This document shows positions 8,184 to 16,276 of a stretch of DNA of 16,722 nt, piece after piece. The stretch comes from a candidate division WOR-3 bacterium. GTDB lineage: Bacteria > Hydrothermota > Hydrothermia > B15-G9 > WFZT01. Location: positions 1-16,722 of the forward strand of contig JALUEE010000035.1 of the NCBI GenBank assembly GCA_027053075.1, read 5' to 3'. The translations under genes and the position numbers were made by a program. Each line of letters begins with the position of its first letter. Position 1 is the stretch's first letter. Under the pieces are notes generated by a model. It ran no database searches. It worked only from the letters and a program-made list of their open reading frames with translations, and had not been told where the DNA came from.

Positions 8184-9399
8184 TAACTTTTGTAGTATCC
8201 TGCTGTGGAAGCAGAATCTTTACTTCATGTCTCTTGTAAAGGTCTTTTTTGAACTTATTCCACAGCTCCCTCTCTTTCTGCCTCTTTAATTTGTTAACTA
8301 TGAGAAGTCTGACCTCCTTCAAACTCTTTACTCTCGGAGGTCTCCTCTTTTCAACTTTCAAAATCATGTATTCGCCATTTTTCAATGGGATAACACCGGA
8401 GATTTCTCCAACCTTTAGCTTAAAAGCCCATTTTGCAAGCTCCTTCGGCCTTGCTTTTGATGTGATTCCCATTATCAAACCGCCTTTGCTCGCATCAGGA
8501 GTTACAGAATATTTCCTGGCAAGAGAATCAAATGGCGCTCCTTTCTTGAGTTCCTCGAGAATTTTCTCGGCGAGCTTCTTATCCTTTACCACAATTCTCC
8601 TGACATCCGCTGTTCCCGGCACCTTAAACTCATCTTTGTGCTCGTTGTAATACTTTTTAACCTCGTCATCTGAGACTTTAACCTTATTTTTTACCTCTTC
8701 TTCATAAAGGGCACGCTGAAGAATCCTTGCGCGAGCATCTTCGATCTGCTTTCTAACTTTAGATTTCAGGTAAAGTTTCTTCGCCTCGGCCTCTTCTACC
8801 ATGAGTCTTTTCTCTATCATCAAATTAAGGAGCTCCCTTTTGCCCTCTGGAGTTTCATACCTTTTTCTGACAAAAGGAGGTAGATTCTCGAGCTGCTCAT
8901 CAAACTCAAGTTTGGTGATGGGCTTTCCATCCACAATTGCAACATACTCTTTAAAATTCTTCTTGAAGCATCTTTCAACCCCATCGAGTGCGTCCTCATA
9001 GTACTTGCTATTCCTGTACCTTGTTGCAACCTTTTCGTAACTCTTGGCCGCATCCACGTATTTGCCCATAGCCTCGTAAATCACACCCAGCCTGTAATAG
9101 ACCTCATCCATGCGAGAATAGTTGTCAGAAAAGAGTGATTTTGCTTCCAGGACATACTTCAAGGCTGAATCCGGCTGGTTAAGCTTGTCGAGAGAAATAT
9201 CCGCCATATCCAGAAGAGCCTCAAATTTGTCTTTTTTGGGGATATCAGCGGAATTTACGGCCTTTCTATACATTTCAAGTGCGTCCTGATACATACCCTG
9301 TTTTTCAAGCTGTTTTGCTTCCTTTATGTAGTTTTTATAGCCCTTAGCACTAAGAACAGACGCCACAAGCAAAAGGACTATCGCTGCCTTTGCTCTCAT
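8167..9399 (-). CDS. Exported TPR + SurA/PrsA-like parvulin peptidyl-prolyl isomerase
   Basis: Signal peptide, TPR helices (YYRLGVIYEAMGKYVDAAKSYEKV), then VAIVDGKPIT, F..LARKYS..D..KGG, LKVGEISG. Start at ATG 9399 has SD AGGAGG 8 nt upstream. Confidence 0.85.
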   Translation of the reverse strand: MRAKAAIVLLLVASVLSAKGYKNYIKEAKQLEKQGMYQDALEMYRKAVNSADIPKKDKFEALLDMADISLDKLNQPDSALKYVLEAKSLFSDNYSRMDEVYYRLGVIYEAMGKYVDAAKSYEKVATRYRNSKYYEDALDGVERCFKKNFKEYVAIVDGKPITKLEFDEQLENLPPFVRKRYETPEGKRELLNLMIEKRLMVEEAEAKKLYLKSKVRKQIEDARARILQRALYEEEVKNKVKVSDDEVKKYYNEHKDEFKVPGTADVRRIVVKDKKLAEKILEELKKGAPFDSLARKYSVTPDASKGGLIMGITSKARPKELAKWAFKLKVGEISGVIPLKNGEYMILKVEKRRPPRVKSLKEVRLLIVNKLKRQKERELWNKFKKDLYKRHEVKILLPQQDTTKVNEKKG

Positions 9400-9411
9400 A
9401 ATCACAACCTC

Positions 9412-10041
9412 CTATGTTAGTATTTTCAGAATCTGTAAAAAAATTGCCGTCCCAACCGGGATGGTAATGTTGTCGTCTATTTTTGTAATTAACAATTCAA
9501 TAGACGTTGCTACAAGAGCAGATGAAACTCTCCACCAGAATGGAATTCCTCTGTAAAGTATTGCAATTATAATAGAAACCGCAAGGAATGATAAAGAACC
9601 TTCAAGGGTTTTCTTATCGCGTATTCTCCTTCTACCCAATGCCTGTCCAACTATACTTGCCACACCATCACCCAAAATTGTGTAAAAAAGAACAAGAGCC
9701 GCAATCTCTTTCGGAAACACAAGTGCCACGAAGAATGCTGAGCCAGCAAGGGTAGTTGCACCGGTTATCCCATTATTTTCATAATCCCTCATGTAACGGC
9801 CAAAAATGGACATAAAAATACACCTGACCCAGTCCACTTTTAACCTGAGAACGTCCACGGTAAGAAAAAGGAGAAACCCTGTACCAAGGAGAATTTTTAT
9901 TGTCCTATAGGGAATATAGAAAAAGGAAACGGGTACAAAAACACCGGAGAGATGGATCAGCTTCCTTGTAAGCTCTCCAGTGGTGAGATGATTAGAATTT
10001 GAATGCAACTGAGAATTTGTTTGATGGGCCAAGGTCAGCAT
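9412..10041 (-). CDS. CTP-dependent isoprenoid/diacylglycerol kinase family (dolichol/phytol kinase-like) membrane protein
   Basis: ELTRKLIH, LGDGVASIVG..LGR, KKTLEGS, DDNITIP motifs. The true start may be TTG 10008. Confidence 0.85.
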   Translation of the reverse strand: MLTLAHQTNSQLHSNSNHLTTGELTRKLIHLSGVFVPVSFFYIPYRTIKILLGTGFLLFLTVDVLRLKVDWVRCIFMSIFGRYMRDYENNGITGATTLAGSAFFVALVFPKEIAALVLFYTILGDGVASIVGQALGRRRIRDKKTLEGSLSFLAVSIIIAILYRGIPFWWRVSSALVATSIELLITKIDDNITIPVGTAIFLQILKILT

Positions 10042-10903
10042 GTCCCACGTAACCGTAATCGAAGATCAACCTTTTGACGCTAAATCCAAAACCAAATGTA
10101 AACCTTCCTCTGTCAATTCCAATTCTGACTCCCGCATGCCTTTTAAATCGGTATTCGAAACCAAAGTGAGGCTCAAATGAGACACGACCGACATTATAAG
10201 TAGCACTCCTCTCTCTTCCTTCAAAATACACATCAAACTGAGTCCCAAGAACTATGCGTTTCTTAATCGTAGCTGTGGCCCCAAGGTTTATCGAGGGATA
10301 AACATACTCGCTATGTCCTTTCCAGAAAATGGGAGTTCCAGTGACATCCCTTAACACTATACCAAGGGCGAAAGGCCCGCTGGCTTTAAATATTCCCACA
10401 TCCAGGCCAAATCCATTTCCAGCAGTGACAGCGAGGTTTTCATGGAGAATTTTCAACTTTATCCCGGCATCGAATTGGGAGAATTTTTTTACAAAACTCA
10501 TCGTCACAAGAAAAGTTGAGTATGAGAGCATGTCTTTGATGTAAATATTACCTTCGGAAATCCCCTGAGCAGAATCTCTAAGAGCTGTTTCCTTTATGTT
10601 TCCAGCAGAGATTATGGAAATCCCAATAGCAGCCCCTCTCCCACTCTGGTTCCTTTTAGAAAAACCGATGAAATTATACGTGGCAAGACCGCTGAAAAGG
10701 GATGTGTAATTGAAAAGCCCGGTTTTACCTTCAGATATTAATGCGGGGTTGAAGTAAAAACCGAAGGGAGAGGAATTGAGGGCCACGCCAACTCCCCCGA
10801 ATCCCGTGGCCCTCACTCCTGGATTCAATTCAAATATTTCACCTGCGTATTTTGTTGCAAAAAGCGGTAAAGCTAAAAGTATCAAAAAGAAGGATTTTTT
10901 CAT
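9992..10903 (-). CDS. PorV/PorQ-like outer-membrane beta-barrel protein
   Basis: Signal peptide, KYAGE.F...PGVRA.GFGG..VA...NPA N-terminus, GFGLDVG, amphipathic strands, C-terminal Phe. Confidence 0.75.
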   Translation of the reverse strand: MKKSFFLILLALPLFATKYAGEIFELNPGVRATGFGGVGVALNSSPFGFYFNPALISEGKTGLFNYTSLFSGLATYNFIGFSKRNQSGRGAAIGISIISAGNIKETALRDSAQGISEGNIYIKDMLSYSTFLVTMSFVKKFSQFDAGIKLKILHENLAVTAGNGFGLDVGIFKASGPFALGIVLRDVTGTPIFWKGHSEYVYPSINLGATATIKKRIVLGTQFDVYFEGRERSATYNVGRVSFEPHFGFEYRFKRHAGVRIGIDRGRFTFGFGFSVKRLIFDYGYVGHADLGPSNKFSVAFKF

Positions 10904-12300
10904 CCTTCAGCTTTGGCTTCCTCCTTTTGAGGAAGGTACTTGTCAATGTATTCTCTTCTAATACGGGCAAGCTCGGACCTCGGGAACATGGAGAGTAGCT
11001 CCCATCCCACTGCAAGTGTTTCTTCGATGGTCCTCGCCTTCTCACCCTGATTGATCATTTCCCATTCAAATCTTTCGGCAAATTTGAGATATTTTCTGTC
11101 AATTTCAGAGAGGGCATCTTCACCAACAATAGCCACAAGTCTTCTCATATCTTTACCACGTGCGTAAGAGGCGTAAAGCTGGTTGGCAAGCTCCCTGTGG
11201 TCCTCCCTCGTTTTCCCTTTCCCGATTCCAAGATTCATCAAACGGGAAAGTGAAAGGAGAACATCAATTGGAGGGAAAACACCGATTCTGTGCAATTCAC
11301 GTGAGAGTACGATCTGACCCTCTGTGATGTAACCTGTTAGGTCAGGAATAGGATGCGTCATGTCATCATCTGGCATGGTGAGAATGGGAATCTGTGTGAC
11401 AGAGCCCTTTCTCCCTTTAATCCTTCCAGCCCTTTCATAAATCGTGGCAAGGTCTGTATACATGTAGCCCGGATATCCACGACGTCCAGGCACCTCTTCC
11501 CTTGCTGCACCGATCTCACGCAACGCCTCACAGTAGTTGGTCATGTCCGTGAGGATAACAAGAACGTGGTAGTCAAGCTCAAAGGCAAAGTACTCAGCAA
11601 CTGTGAGTGCGTATCTTGGCGTAAGAAGCCTCTCAATTGTTGGGTCATCGGCAAGGTTAATAAACGCAATCAGCTTTGAAAGTGCTCCGGTCTTTTCAAA
11701 TTCCTGCAGGAAGTAAGTATACTCTCTCTGCGTAATTCCAATAGCTCCAAATACCACAAGGAATTCCTCACCTTCGCCCCTCACTTCAGCATTACGGATA
11801 ATCATTGCAGCAATTTCGTTAGCTGGCAGACCTGCGCCAGAGAAAATAGGCAACTTCTGCCCACGAACAAGTGTATTAAACCCGTCAATCGCAGAAATTC
11901 CAGTCTGAATAAAGTCTGAAGGCTTATCCCTTGCGATTGGGTTTATTGGTAAACCGATGATGGGCAATCTCTTCTCTGGAATAACAGGTGGAAGTCCATC
12001 AATGGGCTCTCCCCTTCCGTTGAAGATTCTACCGATCATGTCCCTTGAAACACCGAATCTCACCACGTCCTCGAGCAGTCTAATTCTTGTGGTCTTTACA
12101 TCAAGGCCAAGGGTACCTTCCAGAACCTGAATAACTGCATAGTCTTCAGTGACTTCCAGCACCTGGCCTGATTTCTTCTGATCTTCTCCAACAAGTATCT
12201 CTACCTGCGCGCCATAGGAGAGTTCTTTGGCCTTCTCAACAATTAAAATTGGTCCGGATATATAAGTTACGTTGGTATATTCCTTTGTGGTTAAATCCAT
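10900..12300 (-). CDS. atpB: V/A-type ATP synthase subunit B
   Basis: [72 protein letters not shown]-terminus resembles Thermus-type subunit B. Confidence 0.97.
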   Translation of the reverse strand: MDLTTKEYTNVTYISGPILIVEKAKELSYGAQVEILVGEDQKKSGQVLEVTEDYAVIQVLEGTLGLDVKTTRIRLLEDVVRFGVSRDMIGRIFNGRGEPIDGLPPVIPEKRLPIIGLPINPIARDKPSDFIQTGISAIDGFNTLVRGQKLPIFSGAGLPANEIAAMIIRNAEVRGEGEEFLVVFGAIGITQREYTYFLQEFEKTGALSKLIAFINLADDPTIERLLTPRYALTVAEYFAFELDYHVLVILTDMTNYCEALREIGAAREEVPGRRGYPGYMYTDLATIYERAGRIKGRKGSVTQIPILTMPDDDMTHPIPDLTGYITEGQIVLSRELHRIGVFPPIDVLLSLSRLMNLGIGKGKTREDHRELANQLYASYARGKDMRRLVAIVGEDALSEIDRKYLKFAERFEWEMINQGEKARTIEETLAVGWELLSMFPRSELARIRREYIDKYLPQKEEAKAEG

Positions 12301-12333
12301 ATTTCCTCTCCCTCAGGTTTTGTAAGTTTTTCA

Positions 12334-12362
12334 AGCTTAAAGAGTGTCCCTTTATATGTCAA
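12334..12362 (-). promoter_or_regulatory. Sigma70 promoter for atpB
   Basis: Minus strand TTGACA (12362-12357), 17 nt, TAAGCT (12339-12334); purine-rich RBS GAGGGAGAGG just before the ATG. Confidence 0.7.
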
Positions 12363-12370
12363 GCTAACAT

Positions 12371-12741
12371 GAGTGTGTTCGAAAATATCGCCTCTATTTA
12401 TCCTTTTGTGCAGTGTAAGTGAGGTGAGTAGAAATGAGATGTTAAAAATTAACTAATTCCAGATTTTCCAGTTTGAACATAATAAGTAGCAAAACTCCCT
12501 CCCTTCCTCTGGAAGGGAGGTTGGGGTGGAATGGAAAAAATTAATTTAACAAAGGTATCCAAGCATAATTAGGAATATTATTTCCTTGGATATTCTGAAG
12601 AATGTTAAACTTACCCCATTCTCCCCTGACCCTCCTTCCCGCAGGGAAGGAGGGGGAATTTACTAACTGATCTGCAATTATCAGTTATAAAGGCCCGTTG
12701 AACAAGGCAGGAACTAAAATTTGGATTTTTAGAACAACCTC
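12371..12741. mobile_element. MITE-like non-autonomous element (371 bp) with 15-bp imperfect TIRs and 9-bp target-site duplication
   Basis: Left end GAGTGTGTTCGAAAA (12371-12385); right end TTTTAGAACAACCTC (12727-12741; revcomp GAGGTTGTTCTAAAA). Flanked by identical AGCTAACAT (12362-12370 and 12742-12750). Homologous copy from 16277. Confidence 0.75.
12498..12654. repeat. Inverted doublet of subfamily C hairpin + tail repeats
   Basis: CCTCCCTTCC-TCT-GGAAGGGAGG + tail TTGGGGTGGAATGG, and the inverted unit CCCCATTCTCCCCTGA + CCCTCCTTCCC-GCA-GGGAAGGAGGG. Confidence 0.8.
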
Positions 12742-12942
12742 AGCTAACATGAGTGAGAATATTTTCAAACTTAAAATACTCCTTTCCCCGCTCAAATACT
12801 TGTAGGGAGAGAAGATTAAAGGAGAGCGACCACAGCTGGCAAAATTCCGATTAAAGTACATAAATCCGCTCTTCCACAAATTTAAAGAGGAGCAAGGTGA
12901 GGGTCAACATCTTAAAATTTCTAATCAAAAATCCTTCAATCT

Positions 12943-12978
12943 CCCTCTCCCGCAATCGGGAGAGGGGTGGGGTGAGGG
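12943..12978 (+). repeat. Subfamily A hairpin + G-tail repeat (canonical G4 pattern)
   Basis: CCCTCTCCCG-CAAT-CGGGAGAGGG followed by GTGGGGTGAGGG. Confidence 0.85.
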
Positions 12979-12999
12979 CTTTCATCTAAAATTTTTATA

Positions 13000-13057
13000 G
13001 ATTTTCAAGCGGAATGCCCCCCAAATCCATCCCCACTTGCTTTGCAAGTGAGGATGG
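13000..13057 (+). repeat. Subfamily B hairpin repeat
   Basis: TTTTCAAGCGGAATGCCCCCC leader; stem CCATCCCCACTTGC-TTT-GCAAGTGAGGATGG (13027-13057, one mismatch). Confidence 0.8.
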
Positions 13058-13126
13058 CGAACTTAGACCCAGCTATTCCACAAATGTAGATATAGAGAAT
13101 GATTTTTCGAACAGACTCTCCTTACC

Positions 13127-13155
13127 TTGACGGCATAGGGATGCGAAGTTATAAT
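13127..13155 (+). promoter_or_regulatory. Near-consensus sigma70 promoter for nfeD (probably leaderless)
   Basis: TTGACG (13127-13132), 17 nt, TATAAT (13150-13155), then 6 nt to ATG 13162. Confidence 0.75.
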
Positions 13156-13161
13156 CCCATA

Positions 13162-14424
13162 ATGATGGCATTTTTGCTGCTAATATTCCTCAGTGTGCCA
13201 AAGATTTTCGTCGCGGACTACCAGGGGATTATCAGTCCTATAGCTGCAGAGTACATGACTCGAGTCATATCAGAGGCTGAAGACTCCCATGCGGAATTGG
13301 TCATCTTTACCCTCGACACTCCCGGTGGACTCGATCAGTCCATGAGAATGATTGTCAAGAAGATAATGAACTCCTCGGTCCCCGTTTGCGTTTACGTCTA
13401 TCCTCCAGGGGCAAGAGCCGCTTCTGCCGGTGTTTTCATCACACTCGCAGCCCATATCGCCGCCATGGCACCTGGCACCAATATCGGTGCAGCCCATCCC
13501 GTATCATTTGGTCAAAAAATGGATTCCACGATGGTTGAGAAGGTAACCAATGACGCCGTTGCATACATAAAATCCATTGCAAAAGAAAGAGGACGTAACG
13601 AGAAGTGGGCAGAAGACGCGGTCAGAAAATCAGTTTCCATTCCCGCTGATGAAGCAGTGAAGAAAAAGGTTGTTGACCTCATTGCGACCAGCATAGATGA
13701 CCTGCTTAAAAAAATTGACGGTAGAAAGGTCGAGGTCAACGGCAGGACAGTGGAACTCCATACAGCCAATGCTCAGCTTATAAAGATTCATATGGGATTC
13801 AGAGAGAAATTACTTGCCATCCTCGCAAATCCCAACGTTAGCTACATTCTCATGATTCTTGGATTCTATGGCCTGTTCTTCGAGCTCTCGCATCCCGGAT
13901 CAATTTTACCGGGTGTCATCGGAGCCATCAGCCTAATCCTTGCTTTTTACTCTTTCCAGGCATTACCGGTTAACTATGCCGGTGTATTCCTCATTCTCCT
14001 TGCAATGATATTTTTCATCGCAGAGGTAAAGGTTCAAAGTCATGGACTCCTTGCAACTGGAGGTGTAATTTCCCTTATACTTGGCTCACTCATGCTCTAC
14101 AACACAAGTGCCTCATTTATGCGTGTAAATTATTCCACGATCGCAGTTGTCGTTGCATTGACCCTCGCCTTTTTCCTCTTTGTAATTGCCAAAAGTGTTG
14201 AGGCCCTGAGAAGAAAACCTGTTACCGGCTTCAATGGCCTCGTTGGTTTGAAAGGTATAGTCAAAACAAAGATTACCCCTGAAAAACCCGGCACAGTTCT
14301 TGTGCACGGAGAGCTCTGGACGGCAAAGTCCGGCCAGGTCATCAATAAGGGAGAAGAAATTAAAGTTGTGGATACAGAAGGATTCACCCTTATTGTTAAA
14401 AAATTGAAGGAGGAAGAAAAATGA
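13162..14424 (+). CDS. nfeD: NfeD-family membrane-bound serine protease (long form: ClpP-like domain, TM region, OB domain)
   Basis: LDTPGG, RAASAG (Ser), APGTNIGAAHPV, EKVTND (Lys), ELSHPG, GTVLVHGELWTA. Start moved to 13162/13165 because the ORF-track extension runs through the promoter and TIR. Confidence 0.93.
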   Translation: MMAFLLLIFLSVPKIFVADYQGIISPIAAEYMTRVISEAEDSHAELVIFTLDTPGGLDQSMRMIVKKIMNSSVPVCVYVYPPGARAASAGVFITLAAHIAAMAPGTNIGAAHPVSFGQKMDSTMVEKVTNDAVAYIKSIAKERGRNEKWAEDAVRKSVSIPADEAVKKKVVDLIATSIDDLLKKIDGRKVEVNGRTVELHTANAQLIKIHMGFREKLLAILANPNVSYILMILGFYGLFFELSHPGSILPGVIGAISLILAFYSFQALPVNYAGVFLILLAMIFFIAEVKVQSHGLLATGGVISLILGSLMLYNTSASFMRVNYSTIAVVVALTLAFFLFVIAKSVEALRRKPVTGFNGLVGLKGIVKTKITPEKPGTVLVHGELWTAKSGQVINKGEEIKVVDTEGFTLIVKKLKEEEK

Positions 14425-15014
14425 AAAAATTGGGCATTCTTTTGATTGCAGCTCTATTGATTGCAGGAGGGTGTGTAACAAGGGTTAAGAGAGTTCCGCC
14501 AAAGCAGGTGATTGACCTCTCAGGCCGCTGGAACGACACAGATTCACGCCTCGTGGCTCAGGCTATGGTAAACGATTGCCTTAAAAAACCATGGCTCAGC
14601 CATTTTATGGCTAAATGTGGGCGTAAACCCGTCATAGTAGTGGGAGAGATTAGAAATCTCTCGAGCGAGCATATCCCTGTCCAGACATTTATAAATGATA
14701 TTGAGCGCGCATTTGTCAATTCCGGTGAAATCAGAGTGGTTGCAGATGCTGCTGAAAGACTCCAGCTTCGAAAAGAGCGCAAGGAGCAGATCGACTGGGC
14801 ATCACCCCAGACGAGAAAGAGACTCAGAAACGAGCTTGGAGCCGATTTTATGATGTTAGGTGATATCTCCTCGATAGAGGACAGGGAAGGGGGCAAGAAG
14901 GTCATTTTTTATCAGGTTGATCTGGAGCTCATTAACCTCGAGACAAACGAAAAGGTCTGGATCGGCACGAAGAAGATTAAAAAATACATTTCTCGCAGCA
15001 TCGTAAAGCCGTAA
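14421..15014 (+). CDS. LpoB-like (penicillin-binding protein activator family) lipoprotein
   Basis: Lipobox IAGG-C; DLSGRWNDTD, IRNLSSEHI, GADFMMLG.I, YQVDLELINLETNEKVW motifs. Confidence 0.8.
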   Translation: MKKLGILLIAALLIAGGCVTRVKRVPPKQVIDLSGRWNDTDSRLVAQAMVNDCLKKPWLSHFMAKCGRKPVIVVGEIRNLSSEHIPVQTFINDIERAFVNSGEIRVVADAAERLQLRKERKEQIDWASPQTRKRLRNELGADFMMLGDISSIEDREGGKKVIFYQVDLELINLETNEKVWIGTKKIKKYISRSIVKP

Positions 15015-15015
15015 G

Positions 15016-16272
15016 GTGAGATTCAGACTTTTAGTAATTTTTTCTCTCTTTTTCACGTCCTGCACGGTAAGGTATTCTGTCAGGATCGGCGGAGTTTTAT
15101 ACAATCTAAAGGAAGGCAACTTCGAATTTGCCAGCGAGGCTGTAAAAAATAACCTCAAAAAGGGCTCCCTGCTGTACAATCTCGAGCTCGGTACAGTCGA
15201 ACACTACGCAAAAAATTACAGAGAATCCAACAAACTCTTTGATGCCGCTGAAAATCGCGCAGAAGAGCTTTACACAAGGTCAATCAGCAAGCAGACGGCT
15301 TCAGTTTTTACAAATGAAAACGTCAAACCCTACCGTCCGGAGGATTACGAATATGTTTTCATCAACTACTTCAAAGCCTTCAACTACTATTTTTCCGGTA
15401 AAATCAACGATGCGGTCGTCGAAGCTCGAAAGGTGGACAACAAGCTGAAATTTTTAAATGATAAACAGAAAAGAACCTACAGGGACGACGCTTTCATGGA
15501 ATTTTTATCCGGTATTTTCCATGAAATAGCAGGTGAATACAACGATGCACTGATCTCATACAGACGGGCCTATAAGAGTTACATTGAAGAATACCATAAA
15601 TTTTACGGTATCGGGGTGCCTGAGTTTCTCTTTAAATCATTCAAATGGGCAGCTTACAGGACCGGGATTGAGCTTGCTTTTCTGGATACAGTCAAGTTTT
15701 CACCAGAAAATGGAGCTGTGATTGTAATCCTCGAATACGGCTTTATTCCTCAGAAAAGAGAGGGTTTTACTGATGTGCTGTGGGACGATGAGCACGGGCA
15801 CCGGAGGTGGATCAGAGTTGCATTCCCCTATCTGCCTGACACTGAGATAACTCTGCCTCCTTCAATCAGCGTGATGCTGGGTGGTCAAAAAGGGGCTCCT
15901 GAGATAGCAGAGCCCCTTTATCGCATTGCAAAAAGAAGTCTTGAGGACAAAAAGGGACGAATAATCGCAAAAGCACTCCTGAGGACTGCTGTAAAATACG
16001 GCACACAGATGGAGATTGAGAAAAAGCTCAAAAAGAAATCAGAGGTGCTATCTGATATAGTTGGTTCCATTATCAATATTTTCAATGTGGCAACAGAGAG
16101 GGCAGATACGAGAGAATGGGGAACATTGCCAGCTCTCATCTCTGTGGCATATTTTGACGTCTCTCCCGGAACTTACCCCTTGCATGTCAGCGTGGGGAAC
16201 CGTTTAATTTTAGAAGATACAGTGAAGGTTAGAACCGGAGAGATTAAACTATTTAAAGTTCGAGCTTTTTGA
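15016..16272 (+). CDS. COG3014-like TPR lipoprotein
   Basis: Lipobox FTS-C; LLYNLELG, Y.ESN..F..AE, Y..EDYE, A.VEAR, ERADTREW.TLP motifs; adjacent to an lpoB-like gene. Confidence 0.75.
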   Translation: MRFRLLVIFSLFFTSCTVRYSVRIGGVLYNLKEGNFEFASEAVKNNLKKGSLLYNLELGTVEHYAKNYRESNKLFDAAENRAEELYTRSISKQTASVFTNENVKPYRPEDYEYVFINYFKAFNYYFSGKINDAVVEARKVDNKLKFLNDKQKRTYRDDAFMEFLSGIFHEIAGEYNDALISYRRAYKSYIEEYHKFYGIGVPEFLFKSFKWAAYRTGIELAFLDTVKFSPENGAVIVILEYGFIPQKREGFTDVLWDDEHGHRRWIRVAFPYLPDTEITLPPSISVMLGGQKGAPEIAEPLYRIAKRSLEDKKGRIIAKALLRTAVKYGTQMEIEKKLKKKSEVLSDIVGSIINIFNVATERADTREWGTLPALISVAYFDVSPGTYPLHVSVGNRLILEDTVKVRTGEIKLFKVRAF

Positions 16273-16276
16273 CAGT

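Larger units (their letters stand above)
12751..13118. mobile_element. Possible second, decayed MITE-like unit with intact right TIR, carrying subfamily A and B hairpins
   Basis: Right end TTTTCGAACAGACTC (13104-13118) matches the revcomp of the 12371 TIR at 14/15. The left end keeps only GAGTG. Internal hairpins at about 12779-12826, 12866-12903, 12943-12978 and 13000-13057. Confidence 0.45.

Noticed and set aside
7119..9053. Antisense and alternate-frame ORFs overlapping tgt and the PPIase gene (and similar shadows over other genes)
   Set aside because: Lie mostly within well-supported genes and have no independent motifs.
12362..12755. 14-bp direct repeat AGCTAACATGAGTG read as a 14-bp TSD
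   Set aside because: It would make the element ends asymmetric; a 9-bp TSD gives GAG-terminated ends on both sides, consistent with the 16277 and 13118 ends. The extra GAGTG match is not fully explained.
12685..12879. 64-aa minus-strand ORF as a transposase remnant
   Set aside because: Crosses the TIR/TSD junction and shows no DDE or HUH motif.
13099..13161. N-terminal extension of nfeD
   Set aside because: Overlaps a TIR and a near-consensus promoter.
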